Shown here piece by piece: positions 36,043 to 46,043 of a stretch of DNA of 64,000 bases; position 1 is the first letter of the stretch; the number at the start of each line of letters is the position of its first letter. The DNA is from an uncultured Gammaproteobacteria bacterium. GTDB lineage: Bacteria; Patescibacteriota; Patescibacteriia; Magasanikbacterales; GWA2-37-8. The notes beneath the pieces are model-generated. The model saw nothing but the letters and a program-made list of their open reading frames with translations. It had not been told where the DNA came from and did no database searches. Location: NCBI GenBank assembly GCA_964510885.1, contig CAZEDL010000006.1, positions 12,531 through 76,530 on the forward strand. Direction: 5' to 3'. The position numbers were made by a program, and so were the translations under genes.

Positions 36043-37407
36043 ATGCCCGTCCCTCAGCACATTTTTAAAGCCTATGATATCCGGGGATTAGTTGTGAGCG
36101 AGCTATCGCCTGATTTGGCTTACCGGGTGGGATACTATTTTGTCGACCTGCTCAAAATCGAAACCGGCCGAGCTGATTTTAAAGGCAAAGCCGTCATAGT
36201 CGGCCGCGATATGCGCGATTCAAGCCTTCTCTTCCAAAGCCAAGTCATTGCTGGCATTCGCGACCGAGGAGTGAATGTGATTGATATCGGGCTGGTATCA
36301 ACACCCCTCTTTAACTTCGCCTGTACCGAACTTCCGGAATCAGCTGGTGGCATCATGGTCACTGCCAGCCACAATCCTGCGGAATATAATGGCTTTAAGG
36401 CGACGCTGCCAACGGGTACCTCAGTGCCCGGCGTCCAGTTCTTGCCCTGCCGTGAAATAGCGCTAACACGCTCCGTACAAACAGGCGCTCTTAGCGAGCT
36501 CGAGCCATTGCCGCTCTATCAAAATAAAATTTTTTCTTTTGTCAGTCCGGCTGTGATTAAGCCGTTGCGGGTTGTAATTGATGCCGGCAATGGCATGGCC
36601 GCGGCCACCTTTCCAGTGTGGTTGAAACAGTTGCCTGTTACAGTAGAATTTTTGTACCTGGAACCAGATGGCACCTTCCCGAATCACGAAGCTAATCCCC
36701 TTAAAACTGAAACGCTAGCAGCCCTGCAAGCTAAAGTTGTTGCCGCCAAAGCTGATTTTGGCTTTGCGCTTGATGGTGATTGTGATCGCATCGGCCTTGT
36801 CGATGAAACCGGGGCGGTGGTGGAAGCCTCGTTTGTTAGCGCGCTCCTCGGGCTTGAAGTGCTGCGTGATCATCCGGGCGCTCCTATGATCTATGGCCTC
36901 ACTTGCAGCCGCATCGTGCCGGAACTCTGGCGATCAGCCGGCGCCGCTGCCACCGAGCCATCTGCCCCAGGTCATGCCAAAATTAAAAAATTAATGAAAG
37001 ATATCGGGGCTGCCTTTGCCGGCGAGTTGTCTGGACACTTGTATTACCGTGATATTCATGATCTCGAATCATCAGACCTGTCATTATTGTATGTGCTTCG
37101 CCTCTTGTCGCGAGAAGGTCGGCCGCTTAGCGAACTACTCCAGCCACTTAAAAAATATGCCCATTCAGGCGAAATAAATTTCAAAGTCGCTGATACTGCA
37201 GCCACGCTTAATCGCCTAGAACAAGCTTTCTCGGGAGAAGCCAAGAGTGTTAATCGGTTAGACGGTCTTACGTTTGATTGTAGCTGGGGATGGTTCAATG
37301 TGCGAGCCAGCAACACCGAGCCACTCTTGCGGTTAAATGCGGAAGCCTATGATGCCTCTGATTTAGAGGAGAGACTCGCTGCTATTAGGGCAATTATTAA
37401 TTATTAA
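36043..37407 (+). CDS. Phosphoglucomutase/phosphomannomutase (alpha-D-phosphohexomutase)
   Basis: Active-site loop TASHNPAEYNGFK, metal-binding DGDCDR and a sugar-binding loop. Confidence 0.9.
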   Translation: MPVPQHIFKAYDIRGLVVSELSPDLAYRVGYYFVDLLKIETGRADFKGKAVIVGRDMRDSSLLFQSQVIAGIRDRGVNVIDIGLVSTPLFNFACTELPESAGGIMVTASHNPAEYNGFKATLPTGTSVPGVQFLPCREIALTRSVQTGALSELEPLPLYQNKIFSFVSPAVIKPLRVVIDAGNGMAAATFPVWLKQLPVTVEFLYLEPDGTFPNHEANPLKTETLAALQAKVVAAKADFGFALDGDCDRIGLVDETGAVVEASFVSALLGLEVLRDHPGAPMIYGLTCSRIVPELWRSAGAAATEPSAPGHAKIKKLMKDIGAAFAGELSGHLYYRDIHDLESSDLSLLYVLRLLSREGRPLSELLQPLKKYAHSGEINFKVADTAATLNRLEQAFSGEAKSVNRLDGLTFDCSWGWFNVRASNTEPLLRLNAEAYDASDLEERLAAIRAIINY

Positions 37408-37418
37408 TATTATTTCCT

Positions 37419-37793
37419 ATGGTTCCGCGCTCGCTACGCACCTGGTTTATTATTCACTTTGTGGTTGATCTGTTTGCCGGGCTGCCGTTGTTTATTGCCC
37501 CGAGCACAGTTAGCGAATTATTTGGCGTGCTGAGCGGAGAGCCGTTTATAGCTCGCATGTTAGCAGCGGCCTTCCTGGCCATTGGCACTACCTCACTTAT
37601 CTGCCGCAATGCTCCTCTCGACGCCTATAAAGCGTTATTAAAATTAAAAATTATTTGGTCAAGCCTGGCATTAGCAGGTTTAATGATTTCGCTCGTCAGT
37701 TCCCCGTCACCAACGATATATCTCCCCATTATAATTTTTGTGCCATTTTGGGTGGCCTGGATATACTTCTATAAAAAAATAACGGCCAAATAA
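37419..37793 (+). CDS. Hypothetical membrane protein (about 4 TM)
   Basis: ORF only. Confidence 0.45.
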   Translation: MVPRSLRTWFIIHFVVDLFAGLPLFIAPSTVSELFGVLSGEPFIARMLAAAFLAIGTTSLICRNAPLDAYKALLKLKIIWSSLALAGLMISLVSSPSPTIYLPIIIFVPFWVAWIYFYKKITAK

Positions 37794-37818
37794 AGCCGTT
37801 ATTTATATCTAGAGAAAT

Positions 37819-38709
37819 TTAAGCGCCCATCTCGCGTAATTTTTTTACCCGTTCTTCAATCGGCGGGTGAGTTGACAGGAGAGATTTTAAGCCAGCTGCT
37901 TTGAAGGGGTTGGCCAAGAATAAGTGAGCCGTCGCCTGGTTGGCAGCCCGCATCGGCTGATTTTCAGCCGCAATTTTTTCAAGCGCCCGCGCCAATCCTT
38001 CGGGGTAACGGGTCAAAAGTGCACCCGACGCATCAGCCAGATATTCACGGCGCCGAGAAATCGCCAATTTTATCAGCTCCGCGATCAGGGGGGAAATTAT
38101 GGCCAATACGATCCCGACAATCATCAGAATGCCGCCAAGCTGTCCGCCACCCCGATCGTTATCACGTCGGCCGCCAGGCCACCGGGTGCGTAAAAAAATA
38201 TTAGATAAGATGGATACTGATCCGACCAGTACGGCTACCAGCATCATGAAACGAATATCATAATTACGCACATGCGACAGTTCATGGGCCAAGACACCTT
38301 CCAATTCTTCATTTTCCAATTTTTCAAGCGCTCCCCGAGTTACCGCTACCGATGCTGTCTCTGGCTTCCGGCCGGTGGCAAAAGCATTGATGGCGGAATC
38401 TTCAATAATATAAATCTTCGGCACCGGCGTGCCCGAAGAAATCGACAGATTCTCTATCATTCGGTACAGGTAGGCATTATCGTCCTTGATGATCAGGCGA
38501 GCGCCACTCGTATACAAGGCGATTTTGTCGCCATGAAAATAAGAAATCAGCGTTGAGCCAAGCGAAATAATAATCGCGAGCCACACTCCGCTATAGGTCG
38601 GGTCGCCGGTGGTATAACTGTACACATAGCCAAGACCAATCACGACCGCGATAAATATCATGATCAGTACCACAGATCGGCGTTTGTTTGCAGTAATTTC
38701 AGAATACAT
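37819..38709 (-). CDS. htpX: Membrane zinc protease HtpX (M48)
   Basis: HELSHVRNYD, the HExxH motif in M48/HtpX topology. Confidence 0.9.
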   Translation of the reverse strand: MYSEITANKRRSVVLIMIFIAVVIGLGYVYSYTTGDPTYSGVWLAIIISLGSTLISYFHGDKIALYTSGARLIIKDDNAYLYRMIENLSISSGTPVPKIYIIEDSAINAFATGRKPETASVAVTRGALEKLENEELEGVLAHELSHVRNYDIRFMMLVAVLVGSVSILSNIFLRTRWPGGRRDNDRGGGQLGGILMIVGIVLAIISPLIAELIKLAISRRREYLADASGALLTRYPEGLARALEKIAAENQPMRAANQATAHLFLANPFKAAGLKSLLSTHPPIEERVKKLREMGA

Positions 38710-38719
38710 CTTATTTTAA

Positions 38720-39169
38720 TTAATATTTAGGATCTTTTTTTTTAGAACCTCGAAAATATCCTCCGTCTCTCCCCATACTTCCACCAGTCGGTGGAAGATA
38801 ATGTCCGCTTGCGTTCCTTCCATCACTCAAACCGCAATCTCCTTCTTCGTGGTGTCTCCGGGTAATAGTGGGGTAGGCCCCTTGAACCATTTCGCCGGTT
38901 TGTTTATTTAGTATGCTCATCTGCATTATTTCTATTGTAAATTTACTTTTGCTGCGCCCTCTTTTTATGACTAACTGACCATCTTTTTCTCCGCGACTTA
39001 CTGTCCATGTCGCTTTTGTAGCGGTGTTTGGGTCGGCGCCCATTTCTCGGATTAGTTTCACAGTTAATGCTGCGGCAACTCCAAAGTCTGCGGTCAATTT
39101 ATCAATAAGGCCGTCGTTAGAAAGTGTCACTTCCAAATTTTCAAAATTAGGTCTAAATTCACCTTCCAT
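38720..39169 (-). CDS. Hypothetical protein
   Basis: ORF only. Confidence 0.4.
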   Translation of the reverse strand: MEGEFRPNFENLEVTLSNDGLIDKLTADFGVAAALTVKLIREMGADPNTATKATWTVSRGEKDGQLVIKRGRSKSKFTIEIMQMSILNKQTGEMVQGAYPTITRRHHEEGDCGLSDGRNASGHYLPPTGGSMGRDGGYFRGSKKKDPKY

Positions 39170-39187
39170 AGTGTTTGCTTTAAGCAG

Positions 39188-39754
39188 TTAAAATTTCACC
39201 TGCACATTCTGGCGTTCACTGGCGTCAGCCTGGAAGAATTCATACTTAGTAAAGTGCATCATGCCGGCAAACAGATTAGTGGGGAAGACCTGGATCTTTG
39301 TATTGAAGTCGCGTACATTGCCGTTATAAAAGCGGCGAGAAGCTTGAATTTTATTTTCAGTGTCCGAGATTTCATCTTGGAGCTGCAAAAAATTTTGGCT
39401 GGCTTTAAGATCTGGGTAGTTTTCACTCACGGCAAACAAAGTTTTCAGCACCCCGGATAATTGGTTTTCAGCTTGTTCCTGCTCAGCCAGCGTTGCCCCC
39501 GGTTTGTTGTGCGCTGCCATGGCTGCGGTGCGCGCTTCAGTCAGCTTCACGAGCGTTTCGCGTTCATGCGTCATATAGCCCTTCACCGTTTCTACCAAAT
39601 TCGGGATCAGGTCATAGCGGCGTTTCAGCTGGACATCAATATCGCTAAAGGCTTCATCAACCCGATTTTTGCTCCGAATTAAGCCGTTATACACGCCGAT
39701 AAGGAAGATGGCGAGTATTGCCACGATGCCAAGAATGATATAAACTGCAGTCAT
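39188..39754 (-). CDS. lemA: LemA family membrane protein
   Basis: N-terminal TM helix and LemA-type conserved region (LIRSKNRVDEAFSDIDVQLKRRYDLIPNLVETVKGY...RETL), adjacent to htpX as commonly seen. Confidence 0.85.
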   Translation of the reverse strand: MTAVYIILGIVAILAIFLIGVYNGLIRSKNRVDEAFSDIDVQLKRRYDLIPNLVETVKGYMTHERETLVKLTEARTAAMAAHNKPGATLAEQEQAENQLSGVLKTLFAVSENYPDLKASQNFLQLQDEISDTENKIQASRRFYNGNVRDFNTKIQVFPTNLFAGMMHFTKYEFFQADASERQNVQVKF

Positions 39755-39857
39755 ATTATATATGTATTAATTTTGTTTAAAGTTTGAAAAAAAATAACAG
39801 TAAACAGTAAATAAAAAATCTATTTTCTGCTGTCTATTTACTGCTTGCTTTTCTCCT

Positions 39858-41051
39858 ATGATTACTCTATTGCTTTTCCTCGCCGTTCTCAGCATCCTCG
39901 TCATTTCCCATGAATACGGCCACTTTATCACGGCGCGTAAAAGCGGGATTACGGTGGAAGAGTTCGGCTTTGGTTTCCCGCCGCGGATTGTTGGCGTTCG
40001 GCGTCTCACCACGGCTACCGGTAGCAAAAAGTGGCAAGTGGTTTGGGGAAAAAATGATTCGGCCGATCAAGTGGACGGCGCCATTCTCCCTACGCTTTAT
40101 TCCCTAAATATAATCCCCCTTGGCGGTTTTGTAAAGATTAAAGGCGAAACGGCCACAGCCGCTGGAGCGGCCGATCCGGATAGCTTCACGGTCAAGCCAG
40201 CTTGGCGAAAAATGCTCGTGTTGACAGCTGGTGTTCTCATGAATGTGCTGGTCGCCTTGGTATTATTTACGGTCGGATTTATAATAGGCGTGCCGCAGAA
40301 TTTAGAGCAGCAGGCTGATGTTAGTGCTATCCCTGATCATCATGTCGAAGTTATTAGTATTTTACCCGGTTCTCCGGCTGCTGCCGCCGGCCTCCAGCCT
40401 GGCGACCAGATTATCGGTCTTGATCAAACACTTGTTCGGCCGCGTTTGCCAGAACTGCAAGCCTATATGGACGCTAAACGTGATGCTGCAGTCGAGCTGA
40501 CAGTAGAACGTAATAATGAACTGTTGTACCCGATAGTTCGTCCTACTGTGTCAGCCGAAGTGGGCCGTGCTGTTATTGGTGTCAGTATTGCTGAAGTTGG
40601 CACTGTTCGCTACCCCTGGCATCGGGCGATTTTAGAAGGGGCAAAACTCACCGGCAGCACTCTTGGTGCAATTTTTGCAGGCTTTTATGATCTCATCCGC
40701 GATCTTATTACTGGCAAAGGAGCTGGCTCAGTGGTGTCCGGCCCGGTTGGAGTTGCAGTCATGACCGGCGAAGTGGCGCGGCTTGGCTTGTCTTATCTCA
40801 TTCAATTCGTAGCCATCTTGTCGCTCAATTTAGCTGTCTTAAATATTTTACCAATCCCGGCGCTCGATGGCGGCCGCCTCCTGTTTGTGGTGCTTGCAAC
40901 TGTATTCCGTCGGCCAGTCCGCGCCCGCATCGAAGAAATTGCGCATGTCGTTGGTTTTGCTGCTTTGCTTCTCCTGGTCGTAGTGATAACTATCAAAGAC
41001 ATCAGTGGTTTTAGCGGACAAATTGTTACCTGGGTAAAAACTATTTTTTAA
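39858..41051 (+). CDS. rseP: RIP zinc metalloprotease RseP (site-2 protease, M50) with a PDZ domain
   Basis: HEYGHF (HExxH), PDZ region, and a C-terminal LDGG motif. Confidence 0.9.
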   Translation: MITLLLFLAVLSILVISHEYGHFITARKSGITVEEFGFGFPPRIVGVRRLTTATGSKKWQVVWGKNDSADQVDGAILPTLYSLNIIPLGGFVKIKGETATAAGAADPDSFTVKPAWRKMLVLTAGVLMNVLVALVLFTVGFIIGVPQNLEQQADVSAIPDHHVEVISILPGSPAAAAGLQPGDQIIGLDQTLVRPRLPELQAYMDAKRDAAVELTVERNNELLYPIVRPTVSAEVGRAVIGVSIAEVGTVRYPWHRAILEGAKLTGSTLGAIFAGFYDLIRDLITGKGAGSVVSGPVGVAVMTGEVARLGLSYLIQFVAILSLNLAVLNILPIPALDGGRLLFVVLATVFRRPVRARIEEIAHVVGFAALLLLVVVITIKDISGFSGQIVTWVKTIF

Positions 41052-41054
41052 TCT

Positions 41055-42086
41055 ATGCAAGACGATTTGAAAAAGCTGTCCGAGCGCGTGTTGTCTAACT
41101 TGAAAAGCATAGCCGCCCTGCCCGAGTTCGAACAGCTCGAATTAACCGTCTTCGGTCGCAAGCAAGGCGAGTTGGTGGAACTGCTTAAAAAAGTAAAAGA
41201 CCTGTCCGCTGACCAGAAAAAAGTGTTCGGCCAGTATGCCAACGATATTAAGCTAAAATTAGAATCTGCGTTTGCTGGCAAGCGCGCCGAGTTAACCTCT
41301 GCCGCCTGGGCTGCAGCCGCTGCCACCGAGCGCCTTGATGTCACTCAGCCAGCCGTGCCGCCACGCCGGAGGGGGCATCTGCATCCAAACACCGTGATTC
41401 AAACTGACCTAGAAGATTTTTTTACCTCGCTTGGTTTTATGATTGCCGATGGGCCTGAACTCGAGAGCGATTATTATAATTTTTCGGCTGTTAATATTCC
41501 GGCCGATCACCCCGCTCGCGACAGCCAAGACACATTCTATATCAAAAATAATTCGAGCCAAGTGATGCGTACCCACACTTCTTCCGTGCAAGTACGGGCG
41601 TTGCAAAAGTATGGTGCACCGCTCCGGGCGATTGTACCGGGCAAATGTTTCCGCAACGAAGCCACTGATGTCCGCCACGAGCACACCTTTTATCAGCTGG
41701 AAGGCCTGGTGGTAGACAAAGGTATTACCTTCAGTCATCTTAAAGGAGTGCTTGAATTAGTGGCTAAGCATTTATACGGGCCAGATACCAAAGTCCGCCT
41801 GCGGCCTAAATTCTATCCGTTTGTTGAGCCGGGCGTGAACGGTGAAGTTACCTGCTTCTTGTGCCGTGGCCAAGGATGTCGCCTGTGCAAGGGGAGTGGT
41901 TGGCTGGAAATTCTTGGTGCCGGCATGATTCATCCGAATGTACTGAAACAAGGAAATGTTGATCCTGATGTATACCAGGGCTTTGCTTTTGGCTTTGGTC
42001 TCACCCGACTCGTGATGCTCAAATATGGTATCGAAGATATTCGCCTCCTCGAAAGCGGTAATTTGAAATTTTTAGAACAGTTTTAA
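41055..42086 (+). CDS. pheS: Phenylalanyl-tRNA synthetase alpha subunit
   Basis: Class II motifs (FRNE, GxGxGxER-like). 343 aa, followed by pheT. Confidence 0.95.
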   Translation: MQDDLKKLSERVLSNLKSIAALPEFEQLELTVFGRKQGELVELLKKVKDLSADQKKVFGQYANDIKLKLESAFAGKRAELTSAAWAAAAATERLDVTQPAVPPRRRGHLHPNTVIQTDLEDFFTSLGFMIADGPELESDYYNFSAVNIPADHPARDSQDTFYIKNNSSQVMRTHTSSVQVRALQKYGAPLRAIVPGKCFRNEATDVRHEHTFYQLEGLVVDKGITFSHLKGVLELVAKHLYGPDTKVRLRPKFYPFVEPGVNGEVTCFLCRGQGCRLCKGSGWLEILGAGMIHPNVLKQGNVDPDVYQGFAFGFGLTRLVMLKYGIEDIRLLESGNLKFLEQF

Positions 42087-42098
42087 TTCTCCGGATGT

Positions 42099-44561
42099 AT
42101 GCTTATCTCTTTCAACTGGCTCAAAAAATACGTCTCTTTACCCGACTCCATAACCGCCGCCGAAGTGGCGGAAAAATTAAAACTTACCACCGTGGAAGTT
42201 GAATCAGTCCGGCCGCTCGGCGCGCATCTAGCCAATATTGTGGTCGGAAAAATTTTGACCGTTGATAAACATCCCAATGCCGACAAACTACGCGTCACCA
42301 CCGTCGATGTCGGCACGGAACGCTTGTCCATCGTGTGCGGTGGCAGCAATCTGTCCGTCGGTCAATTCGTGGCCGTGGCTAAAGTCGGTGCCAGTGTCCG
42401 TTGGCACGGCGAAGGTGAACTGATCGTGCTCGAGCCAGTCACCATTCGCGGTGTCGCTTCAGCCGGTATGATTTGCGGCGCCGATGAAATCGGTCTCCTC
42501 GATCGTTTTCCCAAAACAGATGACAAAGAAATTGTTGATCTTGGCCCCAGTGGTTTTAAACCCGGTCAGCCGCTCAGCGATGCCCTGCAGTTAAACGATA
42601 CTATTTTAGAAATTGATAATAAATCCTTGTCGCACCGCCCGGATCTCTGGGGTCACTATGGCCTCGCGCGCGAAGTGTCGGTGCTGTTCAATCGCTCGGT
42701 GCAGGAATACAAAGTTAATCCCATAAAACCAGGTAAAGAGATGAAGCTGTCTGCTACCGTTGAGAATCCCGACCTGTGTTCGCGTTATATGGGTGTAGTC
42801 CTATCAGGCATCACCGTAGCTCCCTCACCAGCCTGGCTGCGTACGGCGGTGGAATCGGTCGGCATTCGTTCGATCAACAACATCGTCGATATCACTAATT
42901 TTGTCATGAATGATCTGGGGCAGCCGCTCCATGCCTTCGATGTTGCTACCCTCGCCTCAGATAATAAAAAAATTAGCCTATCTGTTCGGGCTGCCACGCC
43001 GAGAGAACAGCTTGTGACGCTCGACGGTGTCACTCGCAGCCTCGATCCGTCCATGGTGGTAATCGCGGACAATAAACAAGCCTTGGCTCTGGCTGGTGTA
43101 ATGGGTGGGCAGGGGAGTGCAATAACATCCGCCACCACTACGATTTTGTTTGAAGCCGCCACCTTTTCCGCTGCCGCTACTCGCCATACTTCTACCACAC
43201 TCAATCTCCGCACCGATTCATCGGCCCGGTTTGAAAAAAGCCTTGACCCTAATCTGCCGGCTGTAGCTCTTGCCCGGGCGGTCGCTCTCGCCACCGAGCT
43301 CTGTCCATCGGCACGCGTCATAAGTGCCATAGCCGATGAGTACCCACGCCGCCTCAAGCCACTGCCTCTCTCGATTCCATTGTCATTATTCGAAGCCAAG
43401 ATTGGCTGTGTTATCCCCGAGAAGACGATCGTCACTACGCTGACACGGCTTGGATTTGGGGTTAAACAAAAAAAAGATCTTCTCACCGTAGTAGTACCCA
43501 CCTGGCGAGCCACCAAAGATATTAGTATTCCCGAGGATGTGGTAGAAGAAGTATTGCGCTTTTTTGGTTATACAGAGGTCCCGGCCACACTGCCAGCCTT
43601 TCCGATCAAGCCTCCTGAAATTAATCTGCTACGGCGCCTAGAACGGAGCGTAGCCGAGTTGTTGGCTCGGGAATATGGCTACACCGAAATCTATAATTAT
43701 TCATTTGTCAGTGCCGAACAGATCGCCCGGCTCGGCGACGATGTGTCTAAATACCTCGAGCTCGATAATCCAATTTCTAAAGTTAAACCGTACCTACGGC
43801 GTAATTTGTTGCCGAACCTGCTAGAAAATATCAGTGCTAATCTTGAGGCCGTGGATGCCCTGCATTTTTTTGAGATCGGTAAAGTGTTCCATGGCGACGA
43901 TGCCGGCCCGCGCGCTGCTGAAAAAAGTGACACCCTGTTGCCGCGCCAAGACAGTTGGGTCACAGCAGCCTATGTGGGGAAAAAAGACCCGGCTCCCTTT
44001 TGGGAAGCTCGCCGCCTCAGTGACGCGCTGGCAGCGTGTTTAGGAATTGCACTCAGGTATGAGCCTGCTGAAGCACGCCCCTTATTTCCATGGCAGCACC
44101 CCACTCGCACCGCTTGGTTATATGCCGGGGAATACTTGGTCGGGCGCTTATATGAACTGCATCCCGTGGCGGCAGAACGACACGGCATTCGGGAGCGGGT
44201 GGCGTTTTTATCGTTCAACCTGTCGCTCTTGGCCGAACATAACTTAGCGGGTAATCGATCTCATTCCTATAAACCCTTGTCCGATTACCCAACTGTCGTC
44301 CGCGACCTCGCCTTTGTGGTGAATAAAAAATATACTCATGCGGAACTCTCTGGCGCTTTAAGTACTGTTGATCCGCTTATAATGAGCGTAGAGTTGTTCG
44401 ATGTGTTTGAAGGTAAGCATGTTCCAGCCGGCGCCAAAAGTATGGCCTACCGCCTTACTTACAGCTCGTTAGAGCGGACGTTAACCAGTGAAGAAGTCGA
44501 TAGTATCGAAAAAAAATGTATTACCTTGCTCACCACGCAATTCAGCGCCGAGATGCGCTAG
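42099..44561 (+). CDS. pheT: Phenylalanyl-tRNA synthetase beta subunit
   Basis: tRNA-binding N-domain, B3/B4 and B5 domains, FDX-ACB C-terminus; 820 aa. Confidence 0.95.
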   Translation: MLISFNWLKKYVSLPDSITAAEVAEKLKLTTVEVESVRPLGAHLANIVVGKILTVDKHPNADKLRVTTVDVGTERLSIVCGGSNLSVGQFVAVAKVGASVRWHGEGELIVLEPVTIRGVASAGMICGADEIGLLDRFPKTDDKEIVDLGPSGFKPGQPLSDALQLNDTILEIDNKSLSHRPDLWGHYGLAREVSVLFNRSVQEYKVNPIKPGKEMKLSATVENPDLCSRYMGVVLSGITVAPSPAWLRTAVESVGIRSINNIVDITNFVMNDLGQPLHAFDVATLASDNKKISLSVRAATPREQLVTLDGVTRSLDPSMVVIADNKQALALAGVMGGQGSAITSATTTILFEAATFSAAATRHTSTTLNLRTDSSARFEKSLDPNLPAVALARAVALATELCPSARVISAIADEYPRRLKPLPLSIPLSLFEAKIGCVIPEKTIVTTLTRLGFGVKQKKDLLTVVVPTWRATKDISIPEDVVEEVLRFFGYTEVPATLPAFPIKPPEINLLRRLERSVAELLAREYGYTEIYNYSFVSAEQIARLGDDVSKYLELDNPISKVKPYLRRNLLPNLLENISANLEAVDALHFFEIGKVFHGDDAGPRAAEKSDTLLPRQDSWVTAAYVGKKDPAPFWEARRLSDALAACLGIALRYEPAEARPLFPWQHPTRTAWLYAGEYLVGRLYELHPVAAERHGIRERVAFLSFNLSLLAEHNLAGNRSHSYKPLSDYPTVVRDLAFVVNKKYTHAELSGALSTVDPLIMSVELFDVFEGKHVPAGAKSMAYRLTYSSLERTLTSEEVDSIEKKCITLLTTQFSAEMR

Positions 44562-44607
44562 GGGAGCAAATGTGGTATACTGCCTCTGTCATTAACCTAT
44601 CACCTGT

Positions 44608-44994
44608 ATGTTTGATTCCTCCAAAGATATTTTATATATCGTGATCGCCGGCTGCATTGGCATCTTCACGGCCTTTGTTTGCTGGATGTTTTACTACCTG
44701 ATTCGGATTTTGAAAAACACCAGCCAGATTATTGAAGAAATTCGAGGGCGCCTTGATGACCTGTCTGCTGCCATCGGCAGTGTTCGCGAAAAAGTTGACC
44801 AGCTCTCGGGTATTATGAACTTGTTTAGCGACGGCGTCACCGGACTTGTTAAAAAGATGGTCAGCCGCAAAGCTGATGCCTGGGTAGATAACGGCACCGA
44901 TACCCTTAATTCCGCTGCTAAAGAAGCGGTCGACAAAGCAGTCGATATGACTGCTGCCAAAATGAAAAAGATGGCCCAAAAAATTAAAAAATAA
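44608..44994 (+). CDS. Hypothetical membrane protein (N-terminal TM, coiled-coil)
   Basis: ORF only. Confidence 0.45.
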   Translation: MFDSSKDILYIVIAGCIGIFTAFVCWMFYYLIRILKNTSQIIEEIRGRLDDLSAAIGSVREKVDQLSGIMNLFSDGVTGLVKKMVSRKADAWVDNGTDTLNSAAKEAVDKAVDMTAAKMKKMAQKIKK

Positions 44995-45008
44995 ATCTTC
45001 AATAATTA

Positions 45009-45036
45009 AAAAACTTCCCTGTGTGGGAAGTTTTTT
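45009..45036. terminator. Bidirectional terminator AACTTCCC-tgtgt-GGGAAGTT followed by T6
   Basis: Seen in sequence. Confidence 0.7.
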
Positions 45037-45054
45037 AATTGATAGTTACTTAAT

Positions 45055-45924
45055 TTACTCCGTCACCGTCAATTCGCCGCCCATATCACCATGCCCTGCC
45101 CCGCAGAATGAAGAACAGAAATAAGTGAAGGTGCCTGCTTGATCCGCGATAAAATCCACGACTACACTCTTTCCGGCCGGGATCGTTTTTTTAATGTCAT
45201 ACTCCCAGATAGCAAAGCCATGTTCCACATCCTTGCTCACAATCGTAATGCGCACCCGGTCACCCTTTTTCACTGTAATGCTCGCTGGTTCAAAACTCCA
45301 CTGCTTGGCAGTGATTGTAAATTCTTTAAGGGGCGCAGCCACAGGGGCGCTCTGGCCAAGCGCTTCACCGTCACTAACGCGTGGTACTGGCACTGGATCA
45401 GTAGGTGCTACCGGAATTTTTTCCGAAGAACTAGCGTTAGTTTTTGTTGTTTCAGGCGTTTTCTCCACCGCTTTAGCGGCAGCAGCTGCTTTAACGGCCG
45501 GAATATTTTTAAGAACAAAGCTGCTCATGAGGGCCTTTCCATTGGTTACAAGTGGCGCATCAGCTTTCGGGTATTCATAGATTCCTTTTTTGCCCGTATC
45601 CCGATGCAGCATAGCAAACACGTCGCGAGTCAGGGATTTTGGCTTTGTCAATCTGACCCGGACCGATTTGCTCGTACCTCTTTTTATTTTGGCATAACCA
45701 AGTTCAGTGCCCGGCTGACCGTCAGTATTCGCGCGAATCACCAACCAGCCCTCTTCGGGGCTGTTCACTGCGCTTACCAGCACCGTATTGTTACTCGTAT
45801 TTTGGCTGACCACCGTGATTTTGGGTATGATGCTGGTTGGCGAGGCTGCCAGCACTATTGAGGTGCTAAATACCAAGCTGAGCATGCCGCCTGCCACGAA
45901 CATGAGTTCCGCAGATAAGCGCAT
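45055..45924 (-). CDS. Secreted cupredoxin-domain copper protein (COX2/CuA-like site)
   Basis: A signal peptide, and a C-terminal FTYFCSSFCGAGHGDMGGEL matching the CuA pattern CxxxCGxxHxxM. Confidence 0.6.
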   Translation of the reverse strand: MRLSAELMFVAGGMLSLVFSTSIVLAASPTSIIPKITVVSQNTSNNTVLVSAVNSPEEGWLVIRANTDGQPGTELGYAKIKRGTSKSVRVRLTKPKSLTRDVFAMLHRDTGKKGIYEYPKADAPLVTNGKALMSSFVLKNIPAVKAAAAAKAVEKTPETTKTNASSSEKIPVAPTDPVPVPRVSDGEALGQSAPVAAPLKEFTITAKQWSFEPASITVKKGDRVRITIVSKDVEHGFAIWEYDIKKTIPAGKSVVVDFIADQAGTFTYFCSSFCGAGHGDMGGELTVTE

Positions 45925-46043
45925 AGAGACTAGTAAAAATAGTAATTAATAGCGTTAGTATAGCAAATCAGATGATCCGTGCCCAGTGCTTGCGTTCCCG
46001 GTCGATTTTGATAAGATACTCGCGCGCCGCAGGCGCTCTCACT